NCBI GenBank assembly: GCA_964342655.1
Contig: CAYFFZ010000003.1
Coordinates: 1 to 34,194, forward strand
Length of the DNA stretch: 34,194 bases
Origin: an uncultured Nitrososphaerales archaeon
GTDB lineage: Archaea > Thermoproteota > Nitrososphaeria > Conexivisphaerales > UBA164
Reading direction: 5' to 3'
In this document: positions 27,073 to 34,194 of the stretch, in pieces
How the letters are laid out: every line of letters begins with the position of its first letter
Numbering within the stretch: position 1 is the stretch's first letter
The notes under the pieces: generated by a model
What the model was told of the DNA's origin: nothing
What the model saw: the letters and a program-made list of their open reading frames with translations, nothing else
Database searches by the model: none
Made by a program: the position numbers and the translations under genes

Positions 27073-29004
27073 TTAAGCTTGTAGGTGTTCCCTAAACCAT
27101 GAAATTATCTGATTGATCCTTTCTACCCTATTTTTTGGTTTTCCCTTTCTCGAAAGGTCATGATTTTCACCGTGAAATATAACGAGCTTTGTCTTAACCC
27201 CCTTTAGTTTGAGTGCAGTGAACATCTGGTAAGCCTGATCTATCCAGCACCTATAATCTTGATCTGAATGTAGTATTAATGTAGGTGTCTTCACCTTATC
27301 TGCGTACTTTAATGGGCTTTTTTCCCAGTAAATCTGTATCAGACCGTCATTCCACAGATCTTTTCCAACGTCCCCACCAATCTGGTCTTCTGCAAAATAA
27401 TACCCTATATCTGAAGTTCCGTAGAAGCTTATCCAGTTGCTTATCGATCTCTGGGTAACAGCAGCCTTAAACCTGTCAGTGTGTCCTATTATCCAGTTAG
27501 TCATGAATCCTCCGTAACTGCCACCTGCAACCCCTATCCTGTTTTTATCTATAAAATCAAAACGATTAACTGCATAATCCAATCCTTCCATGATATCCAT
27601 ATAATCCCTAGATCCATATTTTCCTCTTATGTCTTTAAATGACTCTCCATAACCCGCGCTCCCTCTCGGATTCATGTATACAAGCGCAAAACCAGATTCC
27701 GAAAGCACATGAAACTCATGCTGAAAACTTTCTCCATAAGTTGTTGCTGGACCGCCGTGTATATACAGTATTGCGGGATACTTTATTCCTTTTTTAAAGT
27801 TATTTGGCCTAAGAACCCAGCCCTCTATTTCTTGACCGTCGGAAGCTTTAAAAGTAAAGCGTTCTGGAACCTGTAACTTAGAGTTTTTAATAATTTCATC
27901 GTTAAACCCAGTGACTTTTTTCAGTTTCCCATTTTTATATATATGAAGCTCCGAAGGCTTCGTAGAACTCATCAAAGTAAGAGCTACAGTTTCATTTATT
28001 ACAGAAAAATCTTCAACGGTTACGTTGTCTTCAACCAAACATTCAGTATGCCCTTCTAAATCCGTTCTAAGAAGGGATACTTTGCCTCCGTCGTTAAGAG
28101 GGAAGTATATCCACTTGCCGTCCCACTGGATTTTTCCAAGCGAAGATGGTCCTCTCACATCTGAATTCATGTAATTTCCTATATCCCAGTCATCTGGGGT
28201 CAGCTTTTTAAAAAACCCCGAGGAGACATCCAACGTCCAGAGCTTGACGTTTGAATTTAGCCCATGAGAATAGTCGCCAGCTCTGAAAGCAATAGCCGAA
28301 GATTCTCTGTTCCATGCAAAGTCTTCAACTGTAAACTGCCCTTTAGTTAGTTTTTTGATTTCTCCGTTCGTGAGGTCAATCATCTTTATGTCAGTCCTGT
28401 AAGGTTTCTGATGGTCTTCAGATGAAACGTAAGCAATCTTGTTACCGTCAGGACTGAACTGGGCAAAACTTATTTCCTCATTTCCGTCAGTGAGCTTCTC
28501 CATATTACCAGTTTCAGAATCGGCTAAGTAAAGCGTGTTCCTTACACCATAAATGTAACCTTTCCCATTGAACCAGAAAGGAACTTCTTCAATAACTGTA
28601 GGCTCTTCCTTTTTCTTTTGGCTTGATAAGCTCAGGAGTATTTTTCCTTTATGATGGCCAAAAATCTCAAAACCGCTGTCCAGTTTAAGAACAATCCGTG
28701 GTTCAGTAAACCTTTCTGTATCGACTTCCCAGAGCTCAACTCCTGTTTCTTCCTCCTTTAATGTCCTCCTTGAAAGGAAAAAAACTTTTGAGCTTTCACT
28801 CCACACTGGGGAGTAATCGGACGGCCCGTTGGTTAGATGGAAAGTTTCGTCTTTTTCAACGTCGTAAATCCAGAGCTTTGAATAATACCTGTTGTCAGAA
28901 ATAGAGGGCTTTGTAACAACGAAAACAACCTTATCGCCCTTAGGGGAGAGCTTTGGGTCTGAAATAAATACTATTTTTTCAAGGTCTTCAGCCTTTAAAC
29001 CCAT
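27073..29004 (-). CDS. S9 family serine peptidase (acylaminoacyl/dipeptidyl peptidase)
   Basis: Propeller repeats (SP.G.K), IHGGP, NPRGS.GYG, GGSYGG nucleophile, HSDQDYRC, GENH. Confidence 0.93.
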   Translation of the reverse strand: MGLKAEDLEKIVFISDPKLSPKGDKVVFVVTKPSISDNRYYSKLWIYDVEKDETFHLTNGPSDYSPVWSESSKVFFLSRRTLKEEETGVELWEVDTERFTEPRIVLKLDSGFEIFGHHKGKILLSLSSQKKKEEPTVIEEVPFWFNGKGYIYGVRNTLYLADSETGNMEKLTDGNEEISFAQFSPDGNKIAYVSSEDHQKPYRTDIKMIDLTNGEIKKLTKGQFTVEDFAWNRESSAIAFRAGDYSHGLNSNVKLWTLDVSSGFFKKLTPDDWDIGNYMNSDVRGPSSLGKIQWDGKWIYFPLNDGGKVSLLRTDLEGHTECLVEDNVTVEDFSVINETVALTLMSSTKPSELHIYKNGKLKKVTGFNDEIIKNSKLQVPERFTFKASDGQEIEGWVLRPNNFKKGIKYPAILYIHGGPATTYGESFQHEFHVLSESGFALVYMNPRGSAGYGESFKDIRGKYGSRDYMDIMEGLDYAVNRFDFIDKNRIGVAGGSYGGFMTNWIIGHTDRFKAAVTQRSISNWISFYGTSDIGYYFAEDQIGGDVGKDLWNDGLIQIYWEKSPLKYADKVKTPTLILHSDQDYRCWIDQAYQMFTALKLKGVKTKLVIFHGENHDLSRKGKPKNRVERINQIISWFREHLQA

Positions 29005-29106
29005 TCTTTTTCCCTATCTTTTAATAGCTTTAAGCTTATTTAAACCCTTGTGAAGCGATGGCCTTTGTGCTTGCGGGAAAGTATTTATTTTGGCATTATG
29101 ATTTAA

Positions 29107-30357
29107 ATGGTGTTGTCAAGGAGCCTTTTAGATGTTATAAACACTCAAGGTTATGTCACAACCATCGAGGGGCCACCAGGCATAGGGAAGACTACACTTT
29201 CTCTTAAGGCGTGCGTTTCACGGGGGAGATGCACCTACATATCTTATGCTGACCCTGAGAGTTCGATTAAGGCTAAATTAAAAGTGCTGGGCACAGAATC
29301 AAGCATAAACATAATAAACGCAATGAGTGGAAGCGTTGAAACTGTGTTTTCTGATCTAGTTAACGCACTTCAGGAAGGGGATCTTGTTATAGTTGATTCT
29401 CTAGATGCGATGTTTTACGGAATAGAAAGCGAGAAAGGAATAAGGGCCTTTCTTCAGCTAATTTACGGTTCAGCAAAAATGAAACGCGGTTCACTAGCTC
29501 TGATATCTGAAGGGTTAAACCCTGTTGCAAAACAGGTTAGATTTGTAAGCGACGCGATTATAAGCATGGAGTTCAGAGAAATTTTAGGTAAGCCAGCGCG
29601 AGAAGCTAGCCTTCTGAAGGACAGAGATTTTGCGATAGAAAATAGGTCTTATTTTTTGACATGGGAAAGCGGGCTCAAAATAATTGAGCCTGTTTTTGTT
29701 GATGTTGGCAAAAAACCCAGAAATGTACACTCAATAAAGGGCCCGCCTGAAACGTCTTTTAAGTATATAATTCCCAACGCCTACAGGGTGCTAACGGTTT
29801 TCAGCAATTCAATTCATCCAGCTATAGCGGACACTATAAGACAGTGGGTAATAGCTGATTTTCTTAAATTTGGGTACGGTGTAAACTTGTTGATTTCATC
29901 TAAATCTAGCGAGGCTTCTGAGAAAGAAGCTTTAGAGCTTATGACCGGAGGGAAAAACATGGATAAGCTTAACATCATAAGCATTAACGATCCAGTAGTA
30001 AAGAAAGATTCTAGAAAGTACTATAATACATATAAAGATATGATAAAAACTGGAAATTACGTTAACATAGTAGATCTCCTTGCGCATGAACCCTTAGCTG
30101 TTACCGATCCATCTGGATATGAAACGTTCATAAGCGATGTTACAGAACTTGAGAAGGAGTTGAGAATGTCAGAAGCTCTTTATGGCTATCAGGATTATTC
30201 TTCTTTGAGAGTGATAAGCAAGTACGTTCACATGCAGTGGTCTACTGAGATGGTAAACGGTACGCTTTTCTACCTTACAGTTAAGCCTGATGGTCCTCTT
30301 TATTACATAGATGCAGACCTTGAAGAAGGAAGAGCAGAATTCAAAAAGATGCTTTAA
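29107..30357 (+). CDS. KaiC/RAD55/GvpD-like RecA-superfamily ATPase with a second degenerate domain
   Basis: GPPGIGKTT Walker A, VIVDSLD Walker B, ISE, FVSDAII; the C-terminal half has no Walker A. Confidence 0.75.
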   Translation: MVLSRSLLDVINTQGYVTTIEGPPGIGKTTLSLKACVSRGRCTYISYADPESSIKAKLKVLGTESSINIINAMSGSVETVFSDLVNALQEGDLVIVDSLDAMFYGIESEKGIRAFLQLIYGSAKMKRGSLALISEGLNPVAKQVRFVSDAIISMEFREILGKPAREASLLKDRDFAIENRSYFLTWESGLKIIEPVFVDVGKKPRNVHSIKGPPETSFKYIIPNAYRVLTVFSNSIHPAIADTIRQWVIADFLKFGYGVNLLISSKSSEASEKEALELMTGGKNMDKLNIISINDPVVKKDSRKYYNTYKDMIKTGNYVNIVDLLAHEPLAVTDPSGYETFISDVTELEKELRMSEALYGYQDYSSLRVISKYVHMQWSTEMVNGTLFYLTVKPDGPLYYIDADLEEGRAEFKKML

Positions 30358-30606
30358 ACGCTAAACTTTTGAGTTAAGAGGAGGGAATCGTTTAAATTAA
30401 GTAGGGATCGTATGACCCCTTTGTGAGCGCAATAAAAAAGCCTTTAGCTAATCAAAAATAATAACTAGAATTTGCGCATAAAGCGCAGGTAAACCGCTCA
30501 CAGATGAAGCCTCACGTCCAAGTAGTTGCGCTGAATAAAGCTAGAAGTCCTAAACCACAAGTTTGTGGCTGTTCATGAGCAACCTTATATAGAAAGAAGT
30601 CCATAA

Positions 30607-30993
30607 ATGGTCATGGAATATTATAAATCCAGCATCAGAGACGTGAAACCACAAGAAGTTCCGATCGATGGTAGTAGGGGTGCAACTGTTCAATGGCTTG
30701 TTACTAATGAGCACGGAGCGAACTATGCAGCAAGGAAGTTTACTGTAGAGCCTAGCGGTTTGATACCAATGCACTTTCACGAATATCAAGAGACGATGAT
30801 CATAACAAAGGGCAGCTGCACTTTATGTGTCGGAGATAAAACCATCGACCTAAAAGAAGGGGATTTTATATTCATAAACAAAAATGTAAAGCACGCATTG
30901 ATAAACAAAAATGACACGCTAGAATTTTTCTGCATGATTGATTACCCAAAAGATATGAGCGTAAAGCTTCTCCAAGAAAAATGTAATGGCTAG
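30607..30993 (+). CDS. Cupin domain protein
   Basis: [13 protein letters not shown] and GDFIFI....KH metal-binding motifs. Confidence 0.9.
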   Translation: MVMEYYKSSIRDVKPQEVPIDGSRGATVQWLVTNEHGANYAARKFTVEPSGLIPMHFHEYQETMIITKGSCTLCVGDKTIDLKEGDFIFINKNVKHALINKNDTLEFFCMIDYPKDMSVKLLQEKCNG

Positions 30994-31006
30994 TAAAAAT
31001 AAAAAG

Positions 31007-32200
31007 TTAAACGGCTTCGCTTATAGCGGAAGCTACTTTCTTAACCTGCTCATCTGTAATTTTCTCTCTGAACGTTTCAACAAAGAGAACTTTAAGTCCA
31101 GCTTCATTTAATGCTGTCTCCATATACTTTATGGCATTTGAACCCCAGCCATAAGAAACTAAAGCACCGAAAGGTTTACCCGTGCCTCTAAACTTATCCT
31201 TTATAAGCTCTAAAAGAACCTTCATCCTCGGATGAACGCCTGTATCGTAAGTGGGTGTTGCCAGCAAAACAGCGGCTGAGCTGTTAGCTTCTGTAAGAAA
31301 GTCTTCAAAGTCAGGATATTCAGAATCAGTAATAGCAAAAGTTTTCACTTTTATACCTTTTGAGTAAAGCTCATTATAAATCCTGGATATCGCTTCTTCT
31401 ACTGATCCGTACATAGATACATATGCTATCGTGAGTTTTTTCTTTTCAGGATCGCCCCTAGCCCAACTTTCAAACAGCCTTAGAGGTTCATCTGTGTTTC
31501 CCTCCCATATACCTCCATGCGATGGGGCTATTTTTGAAATTTTAAGTTTCATATCTCTTACTTTTTCTATTGCGTTTATGACGTATTTCCTGTAGTAGCC
31601 CATCACAGTTATAAGATATTTTTCAGCGCTTTTGAGGTAAAAAGCATCATTTGGGTCAGCTGTATGTCCTGGTGGAATTGAGAAAGAACCAAAAACATCG
31701 CACGTGTAAAGAATTCCTGTCCTCTTCTGGTACATAAGCATCGTCTCAGGCCAGTGAACCCATGGGACGTGAATAAAGATAAAATCTTCGCCAAGTAAGT
31801 TCATCTCTTTAGTTCCTTCTATGGCAGTTATTTCGTTTTTTATGTCATACTTAGCTTTAAGAACCTTAACCCCTGCAACATTAACTGCTAGGCTGGCATC
31901 CTTTGCCTCTTTTAGAATCGCGGGTAGGCTTCCAGTATGATCTGGTTCTGCATGATTTATTATAATACGTTTTATCCGAGAAGGGTCAGTAACTTCTTTT
32001 ACGGCTCTAACAAACAGTTCTGAATACTGACCTTTCCACGTGTCGATCAAAATCTCACCTTCTAGCGAATCTATAAGATAAGAGTTATAGGTAACGCCTT
32101 CAGGAATATGCCATGCGGCTTCAAAGTACCTTGTTCTGTCATCATCTAATCTAAGCAATCTTACACCTTCAGCTATTTCCTTTATCAGATATTTTACCAT
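31007..32200 (-). CDS. fprA: Flavodiiron protein (FprA/NorV-like O2/NO reductase)
   Basis: GVTYNSYLI, NHAEPDH, HWPE, CDVFG, PSHG; flavodoxin domain SMYG..TPTY..SYGW. Confidence 0.93.
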   Translation of the reverse strand: MVKYLIKEIAEGVRLLRLDDDRTRYFEAAWHIPEGVTYNSYLIDSLEGEILIDTWKGQYSELFVRAVKEVTDPSRIKRIIINHAEPDHTGSLPAILKEAKDASLAVNVAGVKVLKAKYDIKNEITAIEGTKEMNLLGEDFIFIHVPWVHWPETMLMYQKRTGILYTCDVFGSFSIPPGHTADPNDAFYLKSAEKYLITVMGYYRKYVINAIEKVRDMKLKISKIAPSHGGIWEGNTDEPLRLFESWARGDPEKKKLTIAYVSMYGSVEEAISRIYNELYSKGIKVKTFAITDSEYPDFEDFLTEANSSAAVLLATPTYDTGVHPRMKVLLELIKDKFRGTGKPFGALVSYGWGSNAIKYMETALNEAGLKVLFVETFREKITDEQVKKVASAISEAV

Positions 32201-32269
32201 AACAATGCTTACAAATCCTGAAAATTAACCTTTTTAGACAAATCTTATAAATGACTTACCAGCAATCGT

Positions 32270-32296
32270 TATATAGATAAATTACTTATCTATATA
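32270..32296. promoter_or_regulatory. Perfect 11-bp inverted repeat TATATAGATAA-N5-TTATCTATATA over the promoter of the molybdopterin enzyme
   Basis: Read directly. The left arm overlaps a TTATATA TATA-like box and the right arm ends 1 nt before ATG 32298. Confidence 0.6.
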
Positions 32297-32297
32297 C

Positions 32298-34194
32298 ATG
32301 GAGGCTCTTGAAGAAAGAGAAATTTACGGTTACACGTTCTGCGACGCATGCACAACGCCCTTCTGCGGAATAAAGGCACACGTCAAGGAAGGCAAAATAA
32401 CGAAAATAGAAAGCTGGGAAAACTTTCCAAACGGACCGCTTTGCGCAAAAGGATATGCAACTTTGCAAACAGAATACAGCCCGGCAAGATTAGGTTATCC
32501 GCTGATGAGAACCAATCCAAAGGGCTCACCAGACCCCGGATGGATCAGAATTAGCTGGGAAAAGGCCTATGAGATAATAGCCCAGAAGCTAAAAGAAATA
32601 AGGGAAAAATACGGGCCGGAATCTGTATTGTTCTACGTTGGGGATCCGAAGGAACCAAGGCTTGCAGTATCAAGGCTTGCTTCTGTTTTTGGTTCCCCAA
32701 ACTATGGCACAGAAAGCTCCACTTGCTACAGAGCGGCGGCTCTGGCATCTCAGCTCGTTTTTGGAGTAACTTCAGCCGCCATGGCAGCAGCCATGGGTAG
32801 CATTTCAGAGCAGACAAAATCTATCTTGATATGGGGCACTAACCCGGCTTGGACAAGCCATACGTTAATGCCGAGACTTTTTGCGGCTAAATCCAGGGGC
32901 GTTAAGTTCATAGTGATAGACCCCAGAAGAACGCCTACGGCTGAAAAACTTGCAGACATTCATCTCAGACCAAGGCCAGGGACAGACGGCGCTTTAGCTC
33001 TGGGCATGGCAGAAATAGTTATTGAAAGAGGGCTTTACGATAAAAACTTTGTTAAGGAATGGGTCTATGGTTTTGATAGCTTTAAAGATTACGTCAAGGG
33101 ATTCACGCCAGACAAGGTTGAGAGGATAACAGGCGTTAAGGCAACAGATATAGAAAACGCATCAATGATGTATGCAGAGAATTCTCCGGGTACGCTCCTT
33201 GCTGGAGTTTCTACGCTCATGCATAACACTAACGGTGTTCAGAACTTTAGGGCTATACTCTCACTTATAGCCATACTCGGGTATTTTGATGTTCCAGGAG
33301 GCGTTGCTGTGCCTACATATCCGCTCCTGCCGTTCTTCATCAGCGGAGACATGCTCAGAACTGCTGAAGAAATGCTTGATGTTGACTTTGTAAAGCTCAA
33401 AGATAAGATTGCGATGAAGGAAAAAAGGGTTGACAGAGAATTTGTTCCAGTTTGGGCAGACCTTGTGCCAGAGCAGATTCAGATGAATTTTCTCCCCGAA
33501 TATGTTAAAAGTGGAAAAATAAAGGCAGCGTTGCTCTTTGCAGCAAATGCGACTATGTGGCCTCAATACAGGGAATACCAGGAGGCGCTGGAGAAGCTGG
33601 AGTTTTCAGTAGCCGTTGACTATTTTCTCAGGCCTTGGACCCACAACTATGTAGATATAGTGCTTCCAGCTGCAACGAACTATGAAAGGTCAGAACCTTT
33701 TGCTGTTTTTGGCAGAAAGGTCTATGTCAGGAAACCAGTGGTCAAGCCATACATGGAGGCAAGGTCAGACTGGCAGATAGTATTTGACATAGCCGTAAGG
33801 CTTGGATATGCAGAAGATTTCTGGGGAGGAGATACAAAGAAGGCCATGGACTGGATATTAGAAAAAGCTGTTGGCATAACGACAGATGAAGTCCAGATAC
33901 CAGAAGGAAAGGTGATACCGCCACCAGGGCCAGAAATCTTCAGAAAATATGAAACAGGAATGCTCAGGAAGGATAAAGAAAAAGGGTTCCCGACACCAAC
34001 CGGGAAGGTTGAAATATGGTCTACCGTGCTTGAAAAGTACGGGTTTGACCCACTGCCTGTTTACAAAGAGCCAGAAGAATCTCCTGTGAGCAGGCCAGAA
34101 CTCGCAGAAAAGTACCCGCTCGTGCTCATGACCGGTGATAGAATTCCAGTTTTTACACATTCAAAGCACAGGGAGCTTTCCTGGGTAAGAGAAA
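32298..34194 (+). CDS. Bis-MGD Mo/W oxidoreductase catalytic subunit (DMSO reductase family), 3'-truncated by the window edge
   Basis: Manual translation (about 632 codons, frame consistent to the end): MEALEEREIYGYTFCDACTTPFCG..LCAKG..RISWE.A..ESSTC..WGTNP..VIDPRRT..PRPGTDGALALGM..DIVLPAAT.YE..FPTPTGKVE..YPLVLMTG.R...HS. Confidence 0.92.
   Translation, partial: MEALEEREIYGYTFCDACTTPFCGIKAHVKEGKITKIESWENFPNGPLCAKGYATLQTEYSPARLGYPLMRTNPKGSPDPGWIRISWEKAYEIIAQKLKEIREKYGPESVLFYVGDPKEPRLAVSRLASVFGSPNYGTESSTCYRAAALASQLVFGVTSAAMAAAMGSISEQTKSILIWGTNPAWTSHTLMPRLFAAKSRGVKFIVIDPRRTPTAEKLADIHLRPRPGTDGALALGMAEIVIERGLYDKNFVKEWVYGFDSFKDYVKGFTPDKVERITGVKATDIENASMMYAENSPGTLLAGVSTLMHNTNGVQNFRAILSLIAILGYFDVPGGVAVPTYPLLPFFISGDMLRTAEEMLDVDFVKLKDKIAMKEKRVDREFVPVWADLVPEQIQMNFLPEYVKSGKIKAALLFAANATMWPQYREYQEALEKLEFSVAVDYFLRPWTHNYVDIVLPAATNYERSEPFAVFGRKVYVRKPVVKPYMEARSDWQIVFDIAVRLGYAEDFWGGDTKKAMDWILEKAVGITTDEVQIPEGKVIPPPGPEIFRKYETGMLRKDKEKGFPTPTGKVEIWSTVLEKYGFDPLPVYKEPEESPVSRPELAEKYPLVLMTGDRIPVFTHSKHRELSWVRE

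Noticed and set aside
29107-30357. Gas vesicle or circadian clock locus
   Set aside because: No gvpA or kaiB-like neighbours in the window.
409-31794. Antisense or alternate-frame ORFs nested in recognised genes (e.g. 1021-1290, 10467-10841, 20791-21192, 25258-25551)
   Set aside because: They overlap well-supported genes and show no recognisable motifs.
32286-34160. Short ORFs listed in the track at the right end
   Set aside because: They are shadows of the long plus-strand molybdopterin oxidoreductase frame.
1-34194. tRNA, rRNA, CRISPR arrays, IS elements and selenocysteine read-through in hdrA/mvhD
   Set aside because: Intergenic gaps are short and AT-rich with no cloverleaf or spaced repeats, no transposase or integrase ORF was seen, and the hdrA/mvhD frames have no internal TGA.

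Overview
Gene-dense archaeal chromosomal segment, probably from a thermophilic or acidophilic TACK-type archaeon. The basis is TATA-like boxes about 25-30 nt before first genes, GGTG(A) Shine-Dalgarno motifs inside operons, and WtpA, JAMM, MptA-like and COG1361 genes; the lineage is an inference. The main feature is a translationally coupled operon at 893-6534: dsrE-family, tusA, atypical mvhD, short hdrA, full-length hdrA, small wHTH and a qmoC-like (HdrC + cytochrome b) gene. It is followed by a convergent RHH regulator. The operon is Qmo/Hdr-like, but the window has no hdrB, aprBA or hydrogenase/formate dehydrogenase large subunit; instead the operon starts with two persulfide carriers. Downstream are a Mo/W-cofactor cluster (mobB, mobA, moeA, tatA/tatB-like/tatC, JAMM isopeptidase, wtpABC), two ABC exporters and a PilZ-less cellulose-synthase-like GT2 with a divergent degenerate P-loop partner. 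MscS, an FMN reductase, MptA/FolE2, an MFS pseudogene, an S9 peptidase, a KaiC/GvpD-like ATPase, a cupin and FprA follow. A DMSO-reductase-family enzyme, missing from the ORF track, starts at 32298 and runs off the right end; a perfect 11-bp inverted repeat precedes it. I saw no rRNA, tRNA, CRISPR array or transposase. All calls are motif recognition by eye, with no database searches.
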